Counted from the stretch's first letter, positions 40,172 through 49,320 are shown. The stretch is 58,176 nucleotides of DNA from Gemmatimonadota bacterium (GCA_039588275.1 JBDHAC010000021.1:1-58176), one strand, 5' to 3'. A program made the numbers and translations. Notes: generated by a model from the sequence alone, not told the origin.

Positions 40172-41333
40172 CACCAGGGAGGAGGCCCGGGTGATGCTGG
40201 ACTGCCGGTTTCGGGAGGGAGCCGGTCCGAATGTCACCATGTTGTACATGCTTGATCACCTCATGAAGCTGAACGAGCGGTTCCGTTTCACCGTCGTTCA
40301 CCTGAAAGGCCAGCCGATTCCGCAATATGAGGGCGTCGAGCGGATTCTCGTCCCGTTCCGGAACCGCTTGCTGGAGTTCCTATGGGTACAGTTCCGGCTG
40401 CCATCATTGATCAAGCGCCACGGGATCTACGTGTATCACAGCCTCAAGCATGTGGGCCCGTTTCGTCCGCGAGTGCCATCGATCCTTCACTTGCGCGAGG
40501 CTGGACATTTCAGACCCGAGGGGCGCGAGGCCTTCCAGCTGAGCAGGGTCAACTCCATTTACTGGACTCAGCTACTCGAAATAGCGCTACGGAGGGTCGA
40601 TCGGGTAGCGAGTGTGTCTGAGTACTGCAAGAAGGTAGTCGTCGACGATCTGGGCATCGCAGGCGAGAAGATCGCGGTCGTGTACCAGGGCCTCGACCCT
40701 CGGTTTCACGTCCTCGACGAGTTTGAGGTGGCCGCGGTACGAGCGAAGTACGGATTGCCCCCCGATTACATCCTTTGCGTCGGTAATCTGTATCCACACA
40801 AGAACTACGATACCGTTGTCAAGATGCTGGCAGCGTTGCGAAGGCGTCGCGCGGACGACACAAGGCTGGTGTTCGTTGGAGACGCGAGGTACGCGACCCG
40901 CGAGTTCCGGGCCTTGATTCGCGAGCTCGAGTTGGAGGAGAGCATCGTCTTCACGGGCTTCGTGAAGCACGACGACCTGCCGGCGATCTACAACGGTGCG
41001 TCGGTCTTCGTGTTCGCACCGATCGCCGCGAGCTTTCCGAACCCGTGCCTCGAGGCGTTCGCCTGCGGTGTTCCCGTCGTTGCCTCGGATCGCGGGGCAA
41101 TTCCCGAGATCACGGCGGGCGCGGCGATCATGCTCGATAACCCCCGCGATGCGGACGCTATGCTCGACGCCGTCGTGGCCATCCTGGACGACGCTGATCG
41201 GCGCGCTGAACTCCGGTCACGTGGATTCGAGCGCGCAAAAAGCTTCAGCTGGAGCGTGAGCGCGCGAAAGCTGCTCGACATCTATGGCGCGATGGGCTCG
41301 GGTGGTGGGGAAGGAAACGCAGTTCAAGGGTAG
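40164..41333 (+). CDS. Glycosyltransferase family 4 (GT-B)
   Basis: VGN..PHKN, F..P.LEA.ACG.PV, FSW..SA. Confidence 0.88.
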   Translation: MTDTREEARVMLDCRFREGAGPNVTMLYMLDHLMKLNERFRFTVVHLKGQPIPQYEGVERILVPFRNRLLEFLWVQFRLPSLIKRHGIYVYHSLKHVGPFRPRVPSILHLREAGHFRPEGREAFQLSRVNSIYWTQLLEIALRRVDRVASVSEYCKKVVVDDLGIAGEKIAVVYQGLDPRFHVLDEFEVAAVRAKYGLPPDYILCVGNLYPHKNYDTVVKMLAALRRRRADDTRLVFVGDARYATREFRALIRELELEESIVFTGFVKHDDLPAIYNGASVFVFAPIAASFPNPCLEAFACGVPVVASDRGAIPEITAGAAIMLDNPRDADAMLDAVVAILDDADRRAELRSRGFERAKSFSWSVSARKLLDIYGAMGSGGGEGNAVQG

Positions 41334-41772
41334 CGATCAACCGGTCGCGACGGGTCCCGTCCGTGGGACGAGCGGCCGCCGAGCGAAGCGGCTGGGATTG
41401 TTCTTCCGTGTCAGCGTCAGCACGCTGCTCCTCGTGTGGCTGGTTCGGTTGGGCGGCACGGCCGAGATCAGACACGCACTGGCTCGAGCCGACATCGCCT
41501 GGCTCGGACTCGTCGCCGTCCTCGCCAACGCCGATCGGGTGTTGATGGGTGTCCTGGCCGTCCTCACCCTGCTCGAAGTCGGGGTGGCGTTCATGGGCTT
41601 CAGCCGCACCGCCACGATTCTGGCCTTGCTGGGAATGGCGGTCTGGAAGGCGCTTCTGGTCGCGCTGTACTTCATGCACCTGCGCTTCGAGCCCACCGCG
41701 GTCCGATTGGTAGCGGCCGCGCCACTGGTACCCGCGGCGATTCTCATGCTGCTGGTCATTTTCGAGTGGTGA
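41284..41772 (+). pseudogene. Chimeric ORF: flippase-like (LPG synthase TM) N-terminus fused to a cytochrome c oxidase subunit IV-like C-terminus
   Basis: The N-part ending ...ADRVLM parallels the 33767-34825 protein. The C-part LT.LEV...KA.LVALYFMHLRFE is the COX4_pro motif. Confidence 0.6.
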
Positions 41773-41847
41773 TGTACACGGCCCTGCAGCAGTCCTGCGC
41801 TGGCTGCATCGAGGGTTCGAGCCCCGGCCGGCTTCCTCGCCGCAGCG

Positions 41848-42750
41848 GTGCTGATCGTGCTGTTCTTCTTCTTCGATCTCGCGCGCGGTGAGCCTCGGGC
41901 GACGCCGACATTCCTGTCAGAGGCTCTGCTCGGCCAGCAGGGGGTGGAAGCCGGAGCGGTCAGGACGGTCCTCTTCACGGTGATCCATTTCGCCGTGTTC
42001 ATCTTACTCGGGGTCTTAGCCGCATTCGTGATCGAGCTCGCGGACGTCCCGCGCAACCTCCTCGTGGGGGCGGCTTACGGGCTGTTCGTCTGTTCGCTGC
42101 TCTTCTACGGAACGTTGCTCGTCTCCGGCGTCCGAATCCTGGACGCCCCCAGTTGGCCCGCGGTCTTCTTCGGCAATGTGCTAGCCGGCGTGGTCATGAT
42201 CACCTATCTGCGCTGGACCGGACCGGATGAAGGAGTGACGGGGGTGCTCGGGCTCCTCGCGGGGCACCCGCTCATCCGAGAGGGGGTGATCGTGGGGCTA
42301 TTGGGGGCCGGGGTCGTCGCGCTGTGGTTCCTGATCGTGGACTCGGTGGCGGGCCGCCCACTGTTCACGCCCGGGGCGCTTGGATCGGCACTACTCTACG
42401 GAGCCTCCGGTCCCGACGCCGTAATCGTATCGGCCGGCAGCGTGATCGGGTACACGCTCTTCCACCTGGCCGCCTTTCTTCTGTTCGGTCTAGTGGTCTC
42501 CGCCCTCGTAGCCCAAACGGAAAAGTACCCGCCGCTCGTGTTCGGCTTGATCATCCTGTTCGTGGTGTTCGAGACCTTCTTCGTGTTCATGGCCGCGATG
42601 CTGGGCGCCTGGCTTCTTCGAGAGCTGGCCTGGTGGTCGGTGCTCCTCGGCAATCTGCTCGCGGCTGTCTCGATAGGTGCCTACATCTGGAAGACACACC
42701 CCGCGCTTCGTGATCAACTCGGTGATGAAGCCGTGTGGGCCCAACCCTGA
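41848..42750 (+). CDS. Polytopic membrane protein with two internal repeats
   Basis: The module FD/VD...G.P..TP..L...F/YT..H..F occurs twice. Start uncertain; possibly ATG 41772 plus a frameshift. Confidence 0.7.
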   Translation: MLIVLFFFFDLARGEPRATPTFLSEALLGQQGVEAGAVRTVLFTVIHFAVFILLGVLAAFVIELADVPRNLLVGAAYGLFVCSLLFYGTLLVSGVRILDAPSWPAVFFGNVLAGVVMITYLRWTGPDEGVTGVLGLLAGHPLIREGVIVGLLGAGVVALWFLIVDSVAGRPLFTPGALGSALLYGASGPDAVIVSAGSVIGYTLFHLAAFLLFGLVVSALVAQTEKYPPLVFGLIILFVVFETFFVFMAAMLGAWLLRELAWWSVLLGNLLAAVSIGAYIWKTHPALRDQLGDEAVWAQP

Positions 42751-42794
42751 GCCGTGACCCGGTCACGAGCACCCCTCATTGTGGAAAGGCAAAC

Positions 42795-43568
42795 ATGAAC
42801 CCCAGCACCCACACGTCGGATCCCACGAGTCGAGTCGAGCTGGTCGAAGGCCGAGCCAGGGCTCGGCTGAATGGCGAGTTGAAGGAGTTCGAGGTTGCAG
42901 AACTGCCGGAGCCCTTCGTGCGTTGGCAGCTCGACTACAAGCGACGCATCTATGACGCCATCGAGAAGGACGAGTACATCGCGTTCAACGCGGCTCACCT
43001 GCCGGTCGTCGGGACCTGGAACCGTGAGTCGACGGTGCCGAACCTCGCCAACAAAGGGGTCGGATTCACGCCAAAAGACGAGTACATCGAGCACTACGTC
43101 GATCTCGTCGAGAGGGCCGTAGACGAGATCAGCGGCCTGCCCACGCACGCCGTCGATGAAACGAGAAGCCTTCGCCTGGCCACCGCGCGGGAGCTGTATG
43201 GCCACCCCGAACACATCGACTGGAGACGCTTGGGACTCCTCGAGATCTTCGAGGGTACGACCTTCCGCAATCTCACCCGGAACCCCCTGGCCTCGGTGTT
43301 ATGGACCGGGAACTCGCCGGTGTTCATCAGCTTCCAGGTGGATTGCGTCGTGGAGATCATGACGCCGGAAGACCCGAGATACCGCTTCTGCTGGGCGATG
43401 CGGCGTTTGTTCGAGTACGAGCCTTTCCACGTGGTCCAGACGCTGTTCCCGTACTCGTACTGCTTCTGGGTCGTCAACTACGCCGACAAGACCCCGAAGC
43501 GCCGTTACCCGCACGCGAAAGACGGCGGCGCGACGAGCGAGGAAGCGGGGAACTGCCCGAGCCACTAG
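42795..43568 (+). CDS. Pyridoxamine 5'-phosphate oxidase-like (FMN split-barrel) protein
   Basis: LEIF...T..N...NP.ASV.W...SFQV pattern of split-barrel flavoproteins; ATG 42795 with AAAGG upstream. Confidence 0.5.
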   Translation: MNPSTHTSDPTSRVELVEGRARARLNGELKEFEVAELPEPFVRWQLDYKRRIYDAIEKDEYIAFNAAHLPVVGTWNRESTVPNLANKGVGFTPKDEYIEHYVDLVERAVDEISGLPTHAVDETRSLRLATARELYGHPEHIDWRRLGLLEIFEGTTFRNLTRNPLASVLWTGNSPVFISFQVDCVVEIMTPEDPRYRFCWAMRRLFEYEPFHVVQTLFPYSYCFWVVNYADKTPKRRYPHAKDGGATSEEAGNCPSH

Positions 43569-43597
43569 CTCGACGCCACCTTCGCCGGCTCATCTTC

Positions 43598-44173
43598 ATG
43601 TCTCCCGCGTTCGTCACCCATGACTCGATTCGTGGGCTGCTCGCTGCCGTCGAGGGCTCGTTGCGGGTACCGGCTCGCGCGTATCTCGTGGGCGAGACAT
43701 CCGCGACGTGGGAGGGCTGGCGGCCGTGGACAGATCGCGTCCTGCTGTTCGGCGAGTCCGCTCCCTCGGAAGACGTCTCTCTCTCCGAGATGCTCGAGGG
43801 GGCAGCGGCCGATCTCGGCATCGCCCTGGTGCAGGAGTCTCCCGCCGACGTGATACCGCTCCCGGCCGGTTACGAGGCTCGGGCGCGACCCGCGGGCCGC
43901 GTGGGCGAACGTCTCGAGGTCTTCCACTTCGATCCGTACAGCCAATCCTTTCGCTTCTTGGCCCGCGGCGATGAGCGGGATTACGAGCTCGTGCTGGCGT
44001 TTCTGGAGCACGGGTGGGTCACGCTGGAAGACATGGACTCGTTGTTGCGCGATCTGCTTCCCCGGTTCTCGATGGACACGATCCAACAAGACCCGGCGGA
44101 GTTTCGACGCCGCTATCGGGGGCTCGTCCAGATGTGGCGAGCGCGCAGCCCGTCACGCCCACGCGTGACCTGA
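43598..44173 (+). CDS. DUF6036-like nucleotidyltransferase-fold protein with degenerate motifs
   Basis: YLVG.TS....GWR..T, SP.D.IPLP.G...R, H.DPYS, RG...D. Confidence 0.55.
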   Translation: MSPAFVTHDSIRGLLAAVEGSLRVPARAYLVGETSATWEGWRPWTDRVLLFGESAPSEDVSLSEMLEGAAADLGIALVQESPADVIPLPAGYEARARPAGRVGERLEVFHFDPYSQSFRFLARGDERDYELVLAFLEHGWVTLEDMDSLLRDLLPRFSMDTIQQDPAEFRRRYRGLVQMWRARSPSRPRVT

Positions 44174-44312
44174 CCGGAGGCGCCCGCGCCTTTGATGGCA
44201 GGAACCGACGGACAGCGGGTACGAAGTCGAGAGCGGAGATCCGCGAGAGCCTCGAGAGCTAGCAGAGCGGAATCGAGTCGAGACCACGGAGAGCGAGGAA
44301 GGGATCTCGAAC

Positions 44313-44888
44313 ATGACGGAAGCGGGTGAGCGGATTCAGGCCGTCGGATTCGCGGGCAGCCTGCGTCGAGGGTCGTTCAACCGAGCCCTGTTGCGAGCCG
44401 CCGTCGAGGTGGCGCCGGAAGAGCTGGAGCTGGAGGTGTTCGATCTGGCGCCCGTGCCACTTTACAGCGCCGATGTCGAAGCAGCCGGGGACCCCGAGTC
44501 CGTGGCCACACTGAAGGGCGCGATCCGGGCAGCGGATCTGCTGTTGATCGTGACGCCCGAGTACAACCAGGGTATCCCCGCCGTGACAAAGAATGCCGTG
44601 GACTGGGCCTCGAGGCCGCCGCGTCCACACGTCCTCGACGGGAAGCCGGTGGTCATCCTGGGTGCCACCCCGGGGCGCCTCGGCACCGTGAGCGCGCAGC
44701 GTGCGCTTCGCGAATCGCTATCGGCGCTCAGCGCCCATGTCATGCCCCAGCCGAGGATGTTGATCGCGGGCGCGGGCAAACTGTTCGACGACGACGGTAA
44801 TCTCGTGGATGAAAACACGCGCGAGCGTCTCGCGAAGTTCATGAACGCGGCTGTCGCGTGGGGCGGCCGCTTCCGCACCGACGGATGA
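44313..44888 (+). CDS. NADPH-dependent FMN reductase (ChrR-like)
   Basis: GSLRRGSFN, VTPEYN, KNAVDWASR. Confidence 0.92.
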   Translation: MTEAGERIQAVGFAGSLRRGSFNRALLRAAVEVAPEELELEVFDLAPVPLYSADVEAAGDPESVATLKGAIRAADLLLIVTPEYNQGIPAVTKNAVDWASRPPRPHVLDGKPVVILGATPGRLGTVSAQRALRESLSALSAHVMPQPRMLIAGAGKLFDDDGNLVDENTRERLAKFMNAAVAWGGRFRTDG

Positions 44889-45304
44889 TCATGGTCGAGG
44901 CGGGGGCCGGGCCTGCCGAGCCCAAGCTGAGAGTCCTGTACGATGGCGGGTGCAGGTTGTGCGTCCGCTCCGTGAGAATCCTCCACGGCCTCGATTTCGG
45001 GGGCGCGCTGGAATACCTGGACCTCGAGGATGAGGCGCAGGCCGCCCGCGTGCCGGGCGTGACTCGGGAGCAGGCCCTCGCCGCCATGCACGTCGTCGAT
45101 GCCGATGGCGAGCTGTATCGGGGCTTCTTCGCGGTTCGCCGGCTGGCGCGGAGCCTGCCGGCCCTGTGGCCGCTGCTGCCGGTCTTTCACGCTCCGCTAT
45201 CGAAGCGAGTCGGGCCCAGAGTGTACGACAGGGTAGCCCGGCGTCGCACTCGCGGAGGTTGCGGCCCCTCTGTCGGCGAGCGGACCGACCGCGGGGCTCC
45301 GTAA
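44885..45304 (+). CDS. DCC1-like thiol-disulfide oxidoreductase (DUF393)
   Basis: LYDGGCRLC (DxxCxxC) and Y..VA.RR; ATGA overlap with the upstream stop. Confidence 0.85.
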   Translation: MIMVEAGAGPAEPKLRVLYDGGCRLCVRSVRILHGLDFGGALEYLDLEDEAQAARVPGVTREQALAAMHVVDADGELYRGFFAVRRLARSLPALWPLLPVFHAPLSKRVGPRVYDRVARRRTRGGCGPSVGERTDRGAP

Positions 45305-45393
45305 CCCTCAGTAGATGATCCGGTCGATCTCCAGTGAGCGATCGGTTCCCAGCGGCGGGCCGTTCAGGCACGTCGGCCACCACAGGTTCCACA

Positions 45394-45512
45394 CCCCGGC
45401 GTATTTCGCTGAAACGCCATACGCCACGCGCTTTCATGCGCCATTCTGGCGTACTACCCGAACTCTGATACGCCGATCTAGCGAAACAGAACCCGCCCAG
45501 AAACTCGCCCAG
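45394..45512 (+). repeat. 119-bp conserved element, copy A
   Basis: Ungapped 101/119 identity, counted by hand, to 49157-49275. Confidence 0.9.
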
Positions 45513-45652
45513 CGATTGGTCGAGTGGAGCTTTCGAGCCCGTCCCCTCGCCTCGACGGCCACACGGTGCTGATCTACGTTCTATCGAACTAGCCCCGGAA
45601 TCTCGTTCTCACCCAAGTTGACGCCCCTGGCCGGAGAGCTTGCACGAAGTCG

Positions 45653-48600
45653 ATGGACGCAACGGACTGGGAACCTCTGAAACGGCTGTTCGAGCGCGCG
45701 AGCGCGTTGCCTGCCGAGGAGCAGGCCGCCTTCCTGGAGGACGCCTGCTCGGACGATCCGAGCCGCCAAGCCCAGCTCGCGTCCCTACTGGCCGCCGCGC
45801 AGGAGGCCGACCCCTTCTTCGATAGTCTCGCCGACGCCGTTCTCTCTCTCTCTCCGTGGGACCACGACGAGCCCTCACCGCCGACCCCGGCCCCCGACCC
45901 CTTGATCGGCACGTCGATACGCCAATACCGGATCGAGGAGGAGCTGGCCCGAGGCGGCATGGGGGTCGTGTACCGGGCGCACGACGCGAGCCTGAACCGA
46001 ACGGTCGCACTCAAGTTCCTCCCCCGCCGCATGACGGGGGACAAGGCCGCGACGGAACGCTTCCGCTTCGAGGCCCAGGCCGCTGCCGCCTTGGACCACC
46101 CGAACGTGTGCACGGTCTACGAGATCGGGGAGGACGAGCAGGGCCGGCTGTTCATCGCGATGGCTCACTACGAAGGCGAGACGCTCCAGCAGAAGCTTGA
46201 GCGCGGAGCGCTCCCCATCGACGAGGCGCTGGACTACGCCCGCCAGATCGCAGCGGGATTGGAAGCCGCCCACGCGCAGGAGATCGTCCACCGGGACATC
46301 AAGCCGGGCAACGTGATCGTGACCCCCGACGGCGTCGCGAAGATCCTCGACTTCGGGCTCGCCAAGCTGACCGACGTAGCGCTAACTGGCACCGGCATGA
46401 CGCTTGGGACCGTAGCCTACATGTCTCCGGAGCAGGTCCGGGGCGCGACCGTGGATCACCGGACGGACCTCTGGTCGCTTGGGGTCGTGCTGTACGAAAT
46501 GCTGACGGGCGAGCGCCCGTTCAAGGGCGAACGGAGTGCGGTCGTCATCCACGCAATCGTGCATGAACAGCAGAAACCGCTGCGCGCTCTGTGCTCCGAG
46601 GCCCCGCCCGCCTGGGAGTCGGCGGTCACGCGCCTCCTGAGCAAGGAGCCTGCGGATCGCTACTCCGACGTCCGCGACTTCGCCCGAGTGCTGGACGAGC
46701 TCGCTCGGCCCGCCCCCGCTCACGGCCCTCTGGCTAGAGTGGGCACCGCTGTCCCGCTGGTGCTCGGCCTGTACGCCGCCGTGACGTGGATCGTCCTCCA
46801 GGTGACCGACCGATTAATCGGACGCTACCTGCTACCGACCTGGGTGTCGCGCGGAGCTCTGCTGCTGCTGTTGATCGGCTTGCCGGTGATGTTGGCCGCA
46901 ACGCTCGTGCAGACGGGTTGGCAGGGACGACCTCACTCGAGCCTACGAAAGGTCAGGCGCTTTCTGACATGGCGCCGAGCTCTCCAGGGCGGTGTCGCGG
47001 CGTTCGCGCTCCTAGGCGGCGTGACGGGGACCTACTCGCTCTCTCGCGCCCTCGGAATCGGCCCGGCGGCAACGCTCGTTTCCCGGGGAGTGCTGGAAGA
47101 ACGCGCTCTCTTGGTTCTGTCGGACTTCGAGTCCGCAGACCCCGACATGGCGAGGTTGGCCACGGAGGCCTTCCGCATCGATCTCTCCCAGTCGCGGCTC
47201 GTCAGGCTGGCCCAGCGGCGCTTCGTCGGCGAGGCCCTCGGACGCATGGGCCGAGAGCCGGACGCACCCCTCAGCCTCACGCTCGCGCAGGAGGTGGCTC
47301 AGCGCGAGGGGGCCGCGGCCGTGGTCGGTGGCGAGATCCACGAAGCAGGCGGACAGTACCTGGTGGCGGTCCAGCTCTTCACGCCTGGCGGGCTCGAAGC
47401 ACTCGTATCGGGTCGGGAGACGGCGAGGGATTCGACAGAGATCATCGCTACGATCGACAAGGTCTCTGCGCTGCTTCGCGAGCGGATCGGTGAGTCCACT
47501 CGAACCCTGCGCGCCGAACCGCGTCTGGCTCGAGTAACCACGTCGAGTCTCGCAGCGCTTCGGAAGTACTCGCAGTCGAGCGAGGCGTGGCGAGCCCGCG
47601 ACCTCGAACGCGCGCTGCCGCTTCTCGAGGAAGCCGTCGCGCTGGATTCGACCTTCGCGATGGCATGGCGGCTCATCAGTCTCCGGTTGGACAACCTGGG
47701 CCGGGACCCCTCCCGGAGACGATACGCGATCACCAAGGCGTTCGAGTACCGGGACAGGCTGCCGGAGTACGAACGCTATTCCCTGATGGCCACCTACTAC
47801 CGGCTGGTGACGCACGAGCCGGCCAAGGTGATCGCGGCCTGGGAAGGCCGACTCTCACTGAATCCGGATGACCGCGGAGCGCTCAACAACCTCGCTGAAA
47901 TGGCCCTGCTGACGAGGGATTACGAGCGGGCCGAGACCTATTACAGGCGATGGCTAGAGACACAGACACGGCCGGTGGCGTATGCGAACCTCGCTTGGGC
48001 GCTGGCCGACCAGGGCAAATTCGAGGAAGCTCGGCGGACGATGGCCCCGGGGGACCCGGACGACCCCCTTACTAGGCGCTTTACCGGCATCATAGAGTCG
48101 GCGGCCGGTGACTACGCCGCTGCCAGAGCGCACTTCGAGGCCGTGCGGAACGAGCTGGCAGGAGTCTCGCCGGCGCAGCGGGCCTACGCCACCCGCGATC
48201 TGGCGGGTCTGTCGGCGGTTACCGGGAAGCTGACCGAGGCCGCTGCCTACCAGCGGGAGGCTATCAACGGGTTGGAGGAGCTGGGGTTCGCCCGTGATGT
48301 GCTGCGGGACGCGAGTCGCCTGGCCTACCAATACATCCTCGTGATGGAGGACCCGGCCAGCGGGCTGAGGACTCTGGAGGCCGCACTGGAACGGCACCCG
48401 CTCTCCGCCCTCGCACCGCTCGACAGACCCTATCTGGATGTGGTGGCGGTGTACGCGTTGGCCGGTCGACCGGACCGGGCACGCGCTCTCATGGGGGATT
48501 TCGAGAACGAGGTCGAGGCCCCGGACCGTCAGACCTGGGAAGAGGGTGACAGCGGGCTGCTTCGCGTCCACGGCCTCATCGCCGTGGCCGAAGGACGATA

Positions 48601-48973
48601 CGAAGACGCCATCGACCTCTTCCGACGTTCGGGTAAGAGGGGTTGCCTTCTTTGCGGGATGCCGGAGTTAGCCGCGTCGTTCGACCGGATCGGCCAACCC
48701 GACTCCGCGATCGCCGTTTACGAGCGCTACCTCTCCACGCCGTCCAGCGGCCGCGTCCAATCGACCTATCCGGCGCCAGGCGGCGACCGATACTACCTGG
48801 CGGCAGTCCTCGAGCGCCTCGGGCAGCTGTACGATGAGCGGGGCGATCTCGAGAACGCGGCGAGACACTACGGGAGGTTCGCAGAGCTATGGGCCGAGGC
48901 GGACGACGCGCTTCAGCCCCGCGTGCGCGCCGTACAGCGACGGCTCGAAGAGATCGTGGCAGAGCGGGGGTGA
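45653..48973 (+). CDS. Hanks-type Ser/Thr protein kinase with TM segments and a TPR region
   Basis: GGMGVVY, VALK, HRDIKPGN, DFG, GT..YMSPEQ, DLWSLG; hydrophobic segments; C-terminal TPRs. Confidence 0.93.
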   Translation: MDATDWEPLKRLFERASALPAEEQAAFLEDACSDDPSRQAQLASLLAAAQEADPFFDSLADAVLSLSPWDHDEPSPPTPAPDPLIGTSIRQYRIEEELARGGMGVVYRAHDASLNRTVALKFLPRRMTGDKAATERFRFEAQAAAALDHPNVCTVYEIGEDEQGRLFIAMAHYEGETLQQKLERGALPIDEALDYARQIAAGLEAAHAQEIVHRDIKPGNVIVTPDGVAKILDFGLAKLTDVALTGTGMTLGTVAYMSPEQVRGATVDHRTDLWSLGVVLYEMLTGERPFKGERSAVVIHAIVHEQQKPLRALCSEAPPAWESAVTRLLSKEPADRYSDVRDFARVLDELARPAPAHGPLARVGTAVPLVLGLYAAVTWIVLQVTDRLIGRYLLPTWVSRGALLLLLIGLPVMLAATLVQTGWQGRPHSSLRKVRRFLTWRRALQGGVAAFALLGGVTGTYSLSRALGIGPAATLVSRGVLEERALLVLSDFESADPDMARLATEAFRIDLSQSRLVRLAQRRFVGEALGRMGREPDAPLSLTLAQEVAQREGAAAVVGGEIHEAGGQYLVAVQLFTPGGLEALVSGRETARDSTEIIATIDKVSALLRERIGESTRTLRAEPRLARVTTSSLAALRKYSQSSEAWRARDLERALPLLEEAVALDSTFAMAWRLISLRLDNLGRDPSRRRYAITKAFEYRDRLPEYERYSLMATYYRLVTHEPAKVIAAWEGRLSLNPDDRGALNNLAEMALLTRDYERAETYYRRWLETQTRPVAYANLAWALADQGKFEEARRTMAPGDPDDPLTRRFTGIIESAAGDYAAARAHFEAVRNELAGVSPAQRAYATRDLAGLSAVTGKLTEAAAYQREAINGLEELGFARDVLRDASRLAYQYILVMEDPASGLRTLEAALERHPLSALAPLDRPYLDVVAVYALAGRPDRARALMGDFENEVEAPDRQTWEEGDSGLLRVHGLIAVAEGRYEDAIDLFRRSGKRGCLLCGMPELAASFDRIGQPDSAIAVYERYLSTPSSGRVQSTYPAPGGDRYYLAAVLERLGQLYDERGDLENAARHYGRFAELWAEADDALQPRVRAVQRRLEEIVAERG

Positions 48974-49061
48974 GCGGTTGGCGTCAAGCGAGGCCACCGC
49001 CTCGACGTTCACCACCCAGCCAATCGGCTCACGAGCCATTCCCCGAGTTCGCACGAGCCCT

Positions 49062-49090
49062 GTGCCGTGCCGCGGCGTACGGGGTAGCTT
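49062..49090 (+). promoter_or_regulatory. Sigma70-type promoter upstream of the tRNA-Leu 5' fragment
   Basis: GTGCCG-17 bp-TAGCTT, homologous to the promoter at 52020-52048. Confidence 0.55.
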
Positions 49091-49106
49091 TACCCGGACG
49101 CTACAC

Positions 49107-49145
49107 GCCGGGGTGGCGGAACCGGTAGACGCATCGGACTTAAAA
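49107..49145 (+). repeat. 5' half of tRNA-Leu(TAA), att-like fragment
   Basis: 39/39 identical to 52065-52103, ending exactly at the end of the anticodon loop CTTAAAA. Confidence 0.93.
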
Positions 49146-49156
49146 ACGGCCCGCTG

Positions 49157-49275
49157 CCCCGGCGTATTTCGCTAGATCGCCATACGCCGCGCGCCTTCTT
49201 ACGCTATTCTAGCGTATCTCCCAAGCTCTGATACGCTGATCTAGCGAACCAGAACCCGCCCAGGAACCCGCCCAG
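49157..49275 (+). repeat. 119-bp conserved element, copy B
   Basis: Homologous to 45394-45512. Contains internal inverted repeats and the 12-bp-period direct repeat GAACCCGCCCAG x2. Confidence 0.9.
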
Positions 49276-49320
49276 TGGGTGGACCGTGCCCACGCGGAGG
49301 GTCGGCCTCTAAAGCCTACG

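Noticed and set aside
44225..44300. GAGAG-rich short repeats upstream of the FMN reductase
   Set aside because: Irregular spacing and low complexity; no defensible function.
45385..45400. GGTTCCACACCCCGGC as a remnant of the tRNA 3' end
   Set aside because: It resembles GGTTCGAATCCCACCCCCGGC only with a gap. CCCCGGC already belongs to the 119-bp element and the rest is explained by the minus-strand gene tail.
49107..49163. A second functional tRNA-Leu
   Set aside because: It lacks the 3' anticodon stem, variable arm and T-arm, so it was treated as a fragment.
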